Below, in pieces: positions 35,634-44,819 of a stretch of DNA of 64,000 nt. How positions within the stretch are numbered: the first letter of the stretch is position 1; each line of letters starts with the position of its first letter. The notes beneath the pieces were generated by a model. That model had not been told where the DNA came from. It saw only the letters and a program-made list of their open reading frames with translations, and did no database searches. Source of the DNA: a virus (Duplodnaviria > Caudoviricetes). The position numbers were made by a program, and so were the translations under genes. Where the stretch lies: positions 12,470-76,469 of the IMG/VR virus record IMGVR_UViG_3300028832_000127. One strand, given 5' to 3'.

Positions 35634-36026
35634 TTAGCCGTTTTGGGTTGTTTCCGTGGTTGTGCCGTCCGTGGTGTCCGTGCCTGTCGTTTCGGGTGTT
35701 TCCTCGTTGTCAGGCTCTAAAAGCGCGTCCAACTTGTCGTACATGTCCGCCTTGCTCTCGAAGAAGTCCCACTTTCTGCTGCCCATCGTGTAGTCGTTGT
35801 TCTCGGTCTCCGACGGCGAAACATTCAGGAACACTTCGCCGCTGCGGTATGCCACACGGTTAACGATGCCGTGGCGTATGCGTATCTCCGCCTTTTCCGC
35901 CCTGACGCAGAACACCTCGTCGCCCCTCTCGAACTGCTCCGAAATGCGCTCCATCTCGTCGAACTGACCGTCCACCTTGTCGTGGTCTGCGCGTATAAGG
36001 TCTGTTATAGTCGTGTTTTCTGCCAT
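35634..36026 (-). CDS. hypothetical protein (130 aa)
   Basis: First ORF after a minus-strand promoter near 36060. Confidence 0.65.
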   Translation of the reverse strand: MAENTTITDLIRADHDKVDGQFDEMERISEQFERGDEVFCVRAEKAEIRIRHGIVNRVAYRSGEVFLNVSPSETENNDYTMGSRKWDFFESKADMYDKLDALLEPDNEETPETTGTDTTDGTTTETTQNG

Positions 36027-36230
36027 TTTTCGTGGTTTTATTGGTTAACGTCTGCGCAAAGTTAAGGGAAGAAATGCGGCGTAAAAAGTTAGGATATTTG
36101 CCTACTTGAAAAATGTAAACAAATTAACTTTTTTTAACTCAAAATGTTTTTCGATTTATGAAACATTTTATATATTTGCATCGTTAAACAAATAGAAACA
36201 AAAAAACACTAACACTTAATATATAGGCTT

Positions 36231-36467
36231 ATGAAAAAGATACACATTTTTGAAACGGGCGACGCATCAGTCGGCATCCAAGGACAGACCATTGCGACGC
36301 TTCAAATTGAGGACGAGTACATAACTCCAATATTAGAGGAGGAGGACGGCTTGTCAAATCTTAACGAATTTGAAAAAAAGTTGGCACAATTAGTAGAACA
36401 ATATTTTGGTGCTGACACAAAAATAGACGTTGAGGACGACATCACCCCCACGCCTGATTGGTACTAA
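36231..36467 (+). CDS. hypothetical early protein (78 aa)
   Basis: Follows class I promoter at 36155-36180. Confidence 0.7.
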   Translation: MKKIHIFETGDASVGIQGQTIATLQIEDEYITPILEEEDGLSNLNEFEKKLAQLVEQYFGADTKIDVEDDITPTPDWY

Positions 36468-36488
36468 CTATCTAAAACATCAAAGAAA

Positions 36489-36836
36489 ATGAACACGAAC
36501 AGAACAAAATTTTGCCGCAATTTGACGGCAGCCGAGCGCAAAGAGTTAAAAAAGGTCGGCGAGATTGACGGCATCGACAACACCGCGCCGTTGCTGTCTT
36601 GGTGTCATCAGAAAAAGACAAAAGACCGCGATTTTGACAACGCAATATACTTCTTTGAGGTATGGGCAAACTGCCTTATGTTGGATTACGTTGCCACGGC
36701 GGGCGGCATCGTGATTGTCATGCAGACGGCGGGCGGCGTGGAGAGGCTGTACCACTTTGAGGAGAGCGAATACGCCGAGGCTATCGACTTTTACAACAAG
36801 ATGCAGGTGGCTCTCGAAAAAAACAACAATTTTTAA
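36489..36836 (+). CDS. hypothetical early protein (115 aa)
   Basis: ORF in rightward cluster. Confidence 0.7.
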   Translation: MNTNRTKFCRNLTAAERKELKKVGEIDGIDNTAPLLSWCHQKKTKDRDFDNAIYFFEVWANCLMLDYVATAGGIVIVMQTAGGVERLYHFEESEYAEAIDFYNKMQVALEKNNNF

Positions 36837-36850
36837 CAAAGGAGGCAATT

Positions 36851-36994
36851 ATGCACGAAGTACCCCCAAACTATTTGGTAGAGGTTGAGCCGTTTGGCAC
36901 TCTACTTCGCAAAGAGGCTGCGCCTAACGTACACAGATGTACGGGCTGCGTCGGACTAATAAACGCTCCCGTAGCCTCCGCCCACTTGATGTAG
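36851..36994 (+). pseudogene. truncated duplicate of the 43169-43390 gene
   Basis: 36854-36969 matches 43193-43308 with 4 mismatches in 116 nt; same RBS context. Confidence 0.8.
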
Positions 36995-37170
36995 CGAGTG
37001 GTGCAGGCGAGGTTTGGCACTACCCACATATATACGCAGACAATTTCCTTGAAAAATGGGGCGCAGAGGTCGAGCATCACAATGCTGTCCTTGCCTGTCG
37101 CCGAGTGGAACAGCAAAATTTTGTCTGTCTGTTCCGCAATCCTTTTGATGCAGTCTGTCGCTTTACTCAT
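36970..37170 (-). pseudogene. N-terminal fragment of a PAPS-reductase-like protein
   Basis: ILLFHSATGKDSIVMLDL..EIVCVYM..YIKWAE, then runs into the reverse strand of the duplicated gene. Confidence 0.7.
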
Positions 37171-37351
37171 GTTATAATGTGTATTGATTTCGGTGCAAAG
37201 ATAGGGGGCGGGGACGGATTGTAAAAGTTGCTTTGATTGTGCAATTAATTAACATCTTTTAAGTATTTTATTTTGGTAGATTGTAACATTTATAATAATT
37301 TTGCGTTATAGAAAATAGAAAACAAAGTTACTAACTTAAACACTTAAAGAA

Positions 37352-37597
37352 ATGAAAGAAGTTGACAATATCAAAAACGTTGATTTTTCAAATTGCGGCG
37401 GCGTATTGGATATGCAAGAGGCAATTTTGAGCGAATATTTTGGCGACAGGTTTCGTGCCGACGCAAACGGTACTTTTGTAAACCGCACAAACCAAAATTA
37501 TTATTCTGCAACGACCTTGCAACTTTGCGACAAAGAAGATGCAGAATGGCATTTTCAGGGCGCAGTCAAGGGCGGTTTCTACATAAAGACATTGTAA
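37352..37597 (+). CDS. hypothetical early protein (81 aa)
   Basis: Follows a class I-like promoter at ~37280-37305. Confidence 0.7.
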   Translation: MKEVDNIKNVDFSNCGGVLDMQEAILSEYFGDRFRADANGTFVNRTNQNYYSATTLQLCDKEDAEWHFQGAVKGGFYIKTL

Positions 37598-37638
37598 ACC
37601 ACGGGCGGCACACCACCGCCCACAAAACACAAACGAAA

Positions 37639-38094
37639 ATGGCAAAGAAACAAATAAGCGAGGATTACGTCTTATTTAAGACCGCCGAACTTCTGAAACA
37701 AAAGGGGTTTGACGAGCCGACAATAGGCTATTACATCGCCGAAACATCGCAATATATGGGACAGACCTTCAAGCGAGGCGAGTTTGCAGAGTCAATTTCA
37801 AGAGTTCCGTGGAATCACGGCATCAAGGAGACAGGCGTACAACACCTTGCCGCCCCTACTGTGCAAATGACTATCGAATGGCTGCGCGTGAGGTACGGTC
37901 TGTTTGTTACCGTAAAATTCGACGGCTGCACCGACAAGACACACCAATATTATTTCACCGTGCAATGGGTGGGAGAGGGCGAGCCGACTTATGCGCGTGA
38001 AAAATTAGACGGGCTTGGGCGTTTTCTGCGGCACGAAACGCCGTCAGACGCTTACAGAGCCGCAATAGACGAAGTATTAACCAAAATAATATAA
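37639..38094 (+). CDS. hypothetical protein (151 aa)
   Basis: EDYVLFKTAELLKQKGFD..APTVQMTIEWLR, a common phage protein pattern. Confidence 0.7.
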   Translation: MAKKQISEDYVLFKTAELLKQKGFDEPTIGYYIAETSQYMGQTFKRGEFAESISRVPWNHGIKETGVQHLAAPTVQMTIEWLRVRYGLFVTVKFDGCTDKTHQYYFTVQWVGEGEPTYAREKLDGLGRFLRHETPSDAYRAAIDEVLTKII

Positions 38095-38322
38095 ACGTAC
38101 GGCGACATCTTGCAAGACGACGATGATTGGAAATTTGTCGTATTTTGGAATGAAATGTATATGGAGTGGGCGTACCGCCGTATTGACACGGGACAAACGT
38201 TTGCCTTCGCAATGTCGTCACAGGCACTCCGCCACTTTACGGTGGTGGGCAACATTCACGACAACTCCGAAATGTTAACCGCTAAAACACTACAAGAATG
38301 TACGATATACGAAAGGAAATAA
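38095..38322 (+). pseudogene. C-terminal half of a YopX gene
   Basis: YGDILQ..VVGNIHDNSEML; 19-nt identity with the YopX gene at 45025-45043; no N-terminal half. Confidence 0.6.
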
Positions 38323-38891
38323 TCAACACCCTCGCCGTCCTGAACCTTAACCGCTCGCAGTTCTGCAAGAAGTTCGGCTTCGACCTGCCGAACTTCTCAA
38401 CATTCCTCAATGGCGGCAACACCCTCGGCACGGACAAGATACAGCAAATTTTCAACATTCTCGCCACCGAAAAAGAGAAGTTGCGGTGGTTTGAGATAAC
38501 ATTACTTCTCGCTAACGGCAACCGCCTGAACGTGCGCGTGGAGGCGATAGACGGCGACACGGCAATAAAGCGCATCAGCCGACAGCCTGAATTTCTGCAA
38601 ATGCTGCATCAACTGGGCGACGCAGAAATTATCAGCACGACATTCAAGGAATTTAAACCGCCGAAACTTGACCCTAAAAACTACGTATTGCAGCCGTCCG
38701 AGGACGAGGGCTGGTGGGTAGTTACGGACACGGTGCGCAATATCGTGTGCAAGTTCCACGAGGGCAACTTCAACAACACGCAGACGATAACGCCGCTTTT
38801 CGACAGCACCGACATCGACGAATTAGACCACGCCACGGCGATGAGGCAGATGGGCGACTTTATCCACGACTACCACAAGGAATTGCTCTAA
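38298..38891 (+). CDS. XRE HTH-domain protein
   Basis: YDIRKEI..NRSQFCKKFG..NFSTFLNG. Confidence 0.7.
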   Translation: MYDIRKEIINTLAVLNLNRSQFCKKFGFDLPNFSTFLNGGNTLGTDKIQQIFNILATEKEKLRWFEITLLLANGNRLNVRVEAIDGDTAIKRISRQPEFLQMLHQLGDAEIISTTFKEFKPPKLDPKNYVLQPSEDEGWWVVTDTVRNIVCKFHEGNFNNTQTITPLFDSTDIDELDHATAMRQMGDFIHDYHKELL

Positions 38892-39207
38892 CTCCCATAA
38901 AAGCGACCGCCACACGCAGGGGACACCCCTACAATGTGGCGGCTTTCCTTATCTGTGTAGATACGGGGTTTTCCCAGGCTTTTTAGAATGTGGATGATGT
39001 TAATCGGCTGCAAATATACAAAACCCTTCCGCCGTTGCAAAGTCGCAACAAAACGCAGGGCGCGATATGTGCCAAGACAGACCGCGCCCCGAAACTCTCA
39101 CCGTTTGCGGCGGAGCATCTTTAACAAGGCAACTTGTACCATTTCGCGGTACAGCCTCATCGTCCCGAATGTAAAGTGCAATCAACTTCCTGACGTCAGC
39201 AAAATGA

Positions 39208-39645
39208 TTACAGGTATTTGTAGTGCTGTTTTCCGCAGTTGCACTTGGGGCATACCGCCTCGGCGACCAAGGGGTACATTCCCTCGCCTATCTCGCCCTG
39301 AATGTATGCAGATTTCTCGCCGTCCGTGGCATACCCGAACCGCTCGCAGATGTGCGCCGTCAGGTGGTTGATTTCGTGGGTTACAGTGTTGAACAATTCG
39401 GCGTAATTGGTTGCGTGTGATATGGCGATGAGGGAAAAGCATTTGCCGCTGTCCGTGAATATGTAGCCCGTGTTTGGCTTGCATAAGGTTTCCACGGCGT
39501 TCCGCGCCCTCTCACGCCCCGCACCTGCCGATAATATCGCACCCCACACCTTGTCCAAGTCCTTGTCCGTGTTGATGCCGCAATAGACCATCACCCACCA
39601 CGGCTGCGGTATTTCCTTTTTTACGTAAAAGCCCTGTTCTATCAT
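39208..39645 (-). CDS. HExxH-motif hypothetical protein
   Basis: NTVTHEINHLTAHI..EKSAYIQG. Confidence 0.6.
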   Translation of the reverse strand: MIEQGFYVKKEIPQPWWVMVYCGINTDKDLDKVWGAILSAGAGRERARNAVETLCKPNTGYIFTDSGKCFSLIAISHATNYAELFNTVTHEINHLTAHICERFGYATDGEKSAYIQGEIGEGMYPLVAEAVCPKCNCGKQHYKYL

Positions 39646-39887
39646 TTTTTTATCTCCTTTTTTACCATACTCCAAAACTCTGTTTTTCAGGTCTTTGCGC
39701 CGTTCTTATCTTTTTATTTGATTTTCTGCCACAAAAAGGAAAATAAAAACCGCCAAAAATCTGATTTGCAGCGTTTTGTTTAACTTGCCTACAACTTGCC
39801 GAAACGTCCAATATTGCGTCCAATTCCGCCGCCTTTTTGGACGTATTCTTGGTCATTTCAAACGGTTACAAAATGTCACCGTTTGAA

Positions 39888-40286
39888 TTAGATGTAGTTT
39901 TCCCAAAATATTGGGACACGCATCGCGCACATTTTCGCCGTGAAGCACTCCAACACCGCCGACGGTGTGCAGTCGGGGTCGCAGATTGTCTCCTCGACAA
40001 ACGCCGCCCTCGCCTCATCGGTCTTTAATGACTTGGGGTAGTCGGCAAGCGACATATTGTAGAGATACCACGCCGTGTATTCCGCGCCGTCGGGCAGTCT
40101 GACATTGTTTTCTTTCAGGATTTCGCGCACGTCCGCCCATTCCACAGACTGCAACTTCTTCAACTTGCCCGTGGTGGGGTCTGCGGTCTGCATGTTGCCA
40201 ATCGCCCACTCCGCCAACCGTTTCGAGAAGAACCCGTGGTTGTTGTCCTCATAGGCTGCGCGCCCCTCGCTTATGTATTCCTTCAT
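39888..40286 (-). CDS. hypothetical protein of the five-gene cassette
   Basis: HGFFSKRLAEWA..AWYLYNM..D. Confidence 0.7.
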   Translation of the reverse strand: MKEYISEGRAAYEDNNHGFFSKRLAEWAIGNMQTADPTTGKLKKLQSVEWADVREILKENNVRLPDGAEYTAWYLYNMSLADYPKSLKTDEARAAFVEETICDPDCTPSAVLECFTAKMCAMRVPIFWENYI

Positions 40287-40381
40287 TTGATTGCCATATT
40301 TAAAAAAAGGCGGTCGGCACACGTACCAACCGCCCCAAACATTTAACAATAATTATAATTGAAAAACAAAAAAGGACTTAA

Positions 40382-40615
40382 TTACAAGTATCGTCCCGAG
40401 CCGCGACCGCTGCGGAACTCATCGTCTTTCTCCGCCTCGCAGTCCTCGAAACCGTGCTTGTAGCCCTCGCGGTAGCCGTCCTCGTAGGACATCATTCCGC
40501 TGTTGTTGCGGTAGTAGCCGCCACCGCTGCGCCTGCGCCTCATCTCTTCGCGCATTTGGGAACGCATCTGCGACTGACCGCCCTGACCGTCCCTGTCAAC
40601 AAAAATGTAGCTCAT
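40382..40615 (-). CDS. small Arg/Gly-rich protein
   Basis: MREEMRRRRSGG..YEDGYREGYKHGFED. Confidence 0.7.
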   Translation of the reverse strand: MSYIFVDRDGQGGQSQMRSQMREEMRRRRSGGGYYRNNSGMMSYEDGYREGYKHGFEDCEAEKDDEFRSGRGSGRYL

Positions 40616-40621
40616 AGTTCC

Positions 40622-41167
40622 TTATGGTTTTTTGGGGTTCTCACCCGTCAGTTTTTTGAGCATCGCAAGCATCTGCGCGTTGTCGGTTTCAAGTTTTGCG
40701 AACCTCTTGGACATATCAGAATAGCCTTTTTCAAGGTCGGAAATGGTCTGCGCCTGTTTCTTCTCCTCCGCGTATTTGGGGTTCAAGACTTCAAGCATCT
40801 TGTCGCCCTCGGCTATCATCGTCTTGTGGTATTCCACATCGCCCAACGCCTTTTTGGACTGAGAGATGAGGCTGTCAATCACCGAAATCATAGCGTCCCG
40901 ACTGCCCGAAAACACCTTGTCGCCTGACTGAGCGACCTCGACGTTGAAAGGAATGTCCGTAAATGTCTCGTCCCTGCCGTCTATTGTCGCCGTGACGTTT
41001 ATTACTTGCTGTATGTTCGTGCCGTTGAAAGCCGTGGGGACGGATTGCGCCTGATACTTCGGCTGCGGCTGCGTCTTTGACTTCACCGTGCCGATTTGCA
41101 GGGCGGGTGTCCCCGACTTCCTAAGCACATAGAACGGAGAACCGTTCACTAACGAGTTGAAATCCAT
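40622..41167 (-). CDS. hypothetical protein with C-terminal coiled coil
   Basis: Long ORF in cassette. Confidence 0.75.
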   Translation of the reverse strand: MDFNSLVNGSPFYVLRKSGTPALQIGTVKSKTQPQPKYQAQSVPTAFNGTNIQQVINVTATIDGRDETFTDIPFNVEVAQSGDKVFSGSRDAMISVIDSLISQSKKALGDVEYHKTMIAEGDKMLEVLNPKYAEEKKQAQTISDLEKGYSDMSKRFAKLETDNAQMLAMLKKLTGENPKKP

Positions 41168-41192
41168 TGTTATTTACTTTGTTTAGTTGAGT

Positions 41193-41555
41193 TTAAGCAC
41201 CGCCGCTTGCCGCCGCAGGTGCCGTCTGTATCAGTTGCAGTATTCCGTTGTACTTGTCGTTGAAAACGAGCAAAACGCCCGTGCCTGACAAGTCCGCGAC
41301 CGTTACAGCCGCGCCGCCAAAATACGTGAGCGGTCTCGTCGTGCCGTTGAGCGTCAGGCTGACGGGCAGCGTCCCCGTCGTTCCCGTAGGGATTGCGCTT
41401 GTCACCCTGACCACGAACAAACCGACGGGCGACAAGGGTCTGAAACCAAGGGCGAGGTTAACCGCCGTGTCAGACACAAGCACGTTTGTCGTCGGGATGT
41501 ACGGAACGCCCTCCGTGTTTGCCGTTATGATGTTGTTACACGCCATATTTCTCAC
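41193..41555 (-). CDS. small beta-rich protein
   Basis: VVRVTSAIPTGTTGTLPV. Confidence 0.7.
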   Translation of the reverse strand: MRNMACNNIITANTEGVPYIPTTNVLVSDTAVNLALGFRPLSPVGLFVVRVTSAIPTGTTGTLPVSLTLNGTTRPLTYFGGAAVTVADLSGTGVLLVFNDKYNGILQLIQTAPAAASGGA

Positions 41556-41564
41556 GTTTTTAGG

Positions 41565-42521
41565 TTAGAAGTTGTAATAGTTGCCGTTTCCGTAGCCGTA
41601 GCCGAAACCGCCTGTGTAGGGGGTGTTGTTGACAGCCACGAGGTTGGGGTATTGGACGGGGACGGTGTTGGGCATACGGTTCTCAATTTCCGTCACCTTG
41701 TTGGCGAGTGCCGAAATCTGCGCGTTGAGCGGAGCGACCGCCTGACCTACCACGCCCGCGAAGTAGTTGTTTTGGTTAGCCTGCGAAATCTCGCCCGAAA
41801 GTTTGGTGTTTTCCGCCCTTGCAGCGTCGAGTTTGTCTTGCAGCGTCTGCGTCTGCATCTCGGACAACTTGTTGAGGATAGCCTGAGTGTTGGCGTTTCC
41901 GCTGTTTTGGAGGGTGTTGGTCTGTTGACAGATTGCGAGGGTGTCTGCTGCGCCAAATGCCGCCACCTGCTGCCCCACGCCGTTGATTGCAGACTGCAAG
42001 GCGTTGGTCTGATTGCAGATTGCCAACTTGTTTTCGCAACAGCAATTTGCGAACTGCGATGCGAGCGAGGAATTGCCCGCTTGGATTGCGTTCTGAATTT
42101 GCAGTGTTGACATTCCCTGCTGCGCTGCGAGGGTCGAAAGGCTGTTCTGTACGTTCTGCACGGCAGCGTTGACGGTTGCGTAGTCCTGACCGAGCATCGT
42201 CGCAAGGTTCTGAATTGCAGACCTTGACGCTTCACCGTTGCCGTTTATGGCGTTCATAAGAAGTTCACGTCCGCTGTCGTTGTTGAGTTGGTTTGCGAGG
42301 TATGCGCCGTTCATACCGTTGTTTCCGCCGAAGCCGAAGCCGCCGTTGCCCCAGCCGAAGATGCTCGCGATGATGGCGAACCCGAACAGGTCGAGGAGGT
42401 TGGTGTTTCCGTTGCCACCGAACAGACCGTTGCCGTTGCCTCCGATAGGAATGGAGAAGGGCAGTCCGCCGACATTTCCGCTGTTGCCTCCTCCGTCGGG
42501 GAGTTGATAGATTTCTGCCAT
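41565..42521 (-). CDS. Gly-rich hydrophobic N-terminus plus coiled-coil protein with CCC motif
   Basis: FAIIASIFGWGNGGFG..FANCCCENK. Confidence 0.8.
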   Translation of the reverse strand: MAEIYQLPDGGGNSGNVGGLPFSIPIGGNGNGLFGGNGNTNLLDLFGFAIIASIFGWGNGGFGFGGNNGMNGAYLANQLNNDSGRELLMNAINGNGEASRSAIQNLATMLGQDYATVNAAVQNVQNSLSTLAAQQGMSTLQIQNAIQAGNSSLASQFANCCCENKLAICNQTNALQSAINGVGQQVAAFGAADTLAICQQTNTLQNSGNANTQAILNKLSEMQTQTLQDKLDAARAENTKLSGEISQANQNNYFAGVVGQAVAPLNAQISALANKVTEIENRMPNTVPVQYPNLVAVNNTPYTGGFGYGYGNGNYYNF

Positions 42522-42712
42522 TTGATTTTAGGTTTAAGTTGGTTTTATTAGGTTGATAATGTTGCTTGCAAGCGGTGGCAAAAGAACAGCATAAAAGAGG
42601 GGCGCAAAAGTCGGAGCGCGAGGGGCGGCGTTTAAGTTTAAGGCAAACACAAAGTTACAGCGAAAAAAAATTTATTGTTGGTTTTTCTTTTGTTTTTGGC
42701 GATGTTTTAAGG

Positions 42713-42975
42713 TTGTTGATTATTGCATCAATACAGACAAAAAACACCCCTAAAATCGAAAATCTTAAAACATCATTATATATATATGTAAGTCAGAAAC
42801 AAAGAAAATACAAAATATTTTCAAAATTTTTATCTTTATAAAACACTGATTTTAAACAAGTTGAAAAATATTTTGTAAAAACCTACAAAAATATTTTTGA
42901 TTTTATGAAACATTTTTAATAATTTTGCGTTTAAATAAGTACAAACAACAAACAAAGTAACTAACTTTTAAAACA
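42713..42975 (+). repeat. promoter cassette copy B (right half)
   Basis: Near-identical to the right half of copies A and C. Confidence 0.95.
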
Positions 42976-42984
42976 CTTACTAAA

Positions 42985-43152
42985 ATGAAAACAGACAACA
43001 CAATGCCGAGATATACGGCGCAAGAGATTGCAGACGATTTTTTCACTGATGGCGTATTGTGGGACGTGTGGGGTCATTCGTCCTGCATTGAGGGCGACAA
43101 ACTCAAAGTAACAACCCCCGACGGTGTGTCTTATTACGACATCAACAAGTAA
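42985..43152 (+). CDS. small early protein (55 aa), not in the ORF track
   Basis: MKTDNTMPRYTAQEIADDFF..SCIEGDKLKVTTPDG; paralog at 63043-63192. Confidence 0.7.
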   Translation: MKTDNTMPRYTAQEIADDFFTDGVLWDVWGHSSCIEGDKLKVTTPDGVSYYDINK

Positions 43153-43168
43153 AACAAAGGAGGCAATT

Positions 43169-43390
43169 ATGTACGAAGAACCACAAAACTATCACGAAGT
43201 ACCACCAAACTATTTGGTAGAGGTTGAGCCGTTTGGCACTCTACTTTGCAAAGAGGCTGCGCCTAACGTACACAGATGTACGGGCTGCGTCGGACTTACA
43301 AACGCTCCTATTTGCCACATACTGAATTGCCGCGCAACGGCACGAAAAGACGGCAAAAATGTAATTTTAGTGCCGTACAAAGAGGATTAA
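43169..43390 (+). CDS. small Cys-rich protein (73 aa)
   Basis: CTGC..C..LNC..RKDGKNVI. Confidence 0.7.
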   Translation: MYEEPQNYHEVPPNYLVEVEPFGTLLCKEAAPNVHRCTGCVGLTNAPICHILNCRATARKDGKNVILVPYKED

Positions 43391-43427
43391 CAACGGGGCG
43401 GCAACGCCCCACAAAAACAAATAGAAA

Positions 43428-44030
43428 ATGAAAGCGAAACATTTAGTACGTGGTAAAGACACCGTGACAGGCGCGTGGCGGGTCGGCTATCTTGTAATGA
43501 TAGACGGCAAACCGCACATCATAGAAAACCGCGACATCAGCGAGGTGGGACACCACTTCCAACAAGATGGCGACAGACCAACGTGGGTTGCCCCCAAGAC
43601 GGTGGGCAGCATTGCACCGCGCCAAGACACCGACGGCAAAAACGTTTTCGAGGGGGACGTGGTGGAGTACACCGACGAAATTTATTCATTCCGCATCCGT
43701 GCCTTCGTCGAGTACGGCGAGTTCAGGGCGGACAATAGCGACGGCGAGTACGCGGGCGCGAGGGTGTACGGCTGGCACGTTTCGCTGATTTCGGCGACAC
43801 CGCCCGAATGGGACAAGGAGGCAGAATTACCGCAATGGTTGAGGGTGCAGAGTTTGCTCGAAATTCCCGACTTCAAGGTCGTAAGCAACGAGTGGGATAT
43901 GTCCGTTAATGCCCCCGTGGGCGGTATGAGCCAAAACACGGCAGAAGAACTGATTGAAAGGCTCGGCAAGGTACAGCGAACAATGCAGAAAACAGCAGAG
44001 AACGCGCTCCGCTATATCAACAACTATTAA
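43428..44030 (+). CDS. YopX family protein
   Basis: RGKD..GAWRVGYL..TVGS..DGKNVFEGDVV. Confidence 0.75.
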   Translation: MKAKHLVRGKDTVTGAWRVGYLVMIDGKPHIIENRDISEVGHHFQQDGDRPTWVAPKTVGSIAPRQDTDGKNVFEGDVVEYTDEIYSFRIRAFVEYGEFRADNSDGEYAGARVYGWHVSLISATPPEWDKEAELPQWLRVQSLLEIPDFKVVSNEWDMSVNAPVGGMSQNTAEELIERLGKVQRTMQKTAENALRYINNY

Positions 44031-44126
44031 AAAGGCTGCAATTAACATTTTTTTTACAAAAATAATTTGATTTTTGTTTTGCGAAATCAAATTATTTGCT
44101 TAAATTTGCAGCATAAAACAAGACAC

Positions 44127-44268
44127 GATGGCTTAGTTTAAGCGTCCCAAGACGCTATATCCGACGAGTAGCCTACGGAGCGGTGCGGAGACACCGAGCA
44201 AGAGGCGAAAGGGAGACGAAAAAACGCCGCCGAAAGGGTGGACGATGCTGTGCGAGCCAGCAGCCATC
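44127..44268 (+). ncRNA. candidate structured RNA (sRNA or 5' leader)
   Basis: Closing stem GATGGCT/AGCCATC with four internal hairpins, starting just after promoter TAAATTTG at 44101. Confidence 0.5.
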
Positions 44269-44290
44269 ACTAACAAAAAAAACAGACGCT

Positions 44291-44482
44291 ATGAGAGTTC
44301 CCAAGCATAAGACCTGTGCCGCCTGTCTGTGGTACGCAGCCGCCAAGCAGACCGCAAACGGCGTTATTGACGGCGAGTTTTTCTGTCACCACGCCGCGAA
44401 CAGCCACAAAAGCAAGGGGTGGGGCGGTCGGGTGCATAAGAACGACCGAGCGTGTGAGAATATGGAAAAAACTAAAAACTAA
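44291..44482 (+). CDS. small Cys/His-rich protein (63 aa)
   Basis: TCAACLW..FCHH..ACE. Confidence 0.6.
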   Translation: MRVPKHKTCAACLWYAAAKQTANGVIDGEFFCHHAANSHKSKGWGGRVHKNDRACENMEKTKN

Positions 44483-44488
44483 AATGCT

Positions 44489-44806
44489 ATGAAAAAGATG
44501 TTTTATCAGGTAACGGTGGCAGCCCCTACGCTGCCCGACGGTTACGACGAGGAGACAAAGACGGGACAGATGCTTATTGCCAACTATGACAATTCCGCGT
44601 CCGTCTATGCAAACCTGAAAGCGTTTTTTAATGTGGCGATACCTGAGCCGTCCAAAGACACCGCTTTTAGCATCGTAAGGCAAATAGTAAACATTGCGGA
44701 CAAGGCGTTCAAACCCGATTTTGTCGGCTGCGACGTGGACATTCCGCTTTGTGGCAGCCAATACAAGCGAATACACTTCAAATGCACACCCTTACAAGAC
44801 TACTAA
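44489..44806 (+). CDS. hypothetical protein (105 aa)
   Basis: ORF in rightward cluster. Confidence 0.65.
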   Translation: MKKMFYQVTVAAPTLPDGYDEETKTGQMLIANYDNSASVYANLKAFFNVAIPEPSKDTAFSIVRQIVNIADKAFKPDFVGCDVDIPLCGSQYKRIHFKCTPLQDY

Positions 44807-44819
44807 ACGCTATGAAAAA

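Noticed and set aside
23519-36969. A single inversion explaining both truncation junctions
   Set aside because: Re-inverting the segment restores neither the TR 3' end nor the PAPS-like or duplicated gene.
44221-44250. Match of the candidate RNA to a c-di-GMP-I riboswitch
   Set aside because: A GAAA hairpin followed by GACG is similar, but the GCAAA and GACGCAAAG consensus and the receptor stem are missing.
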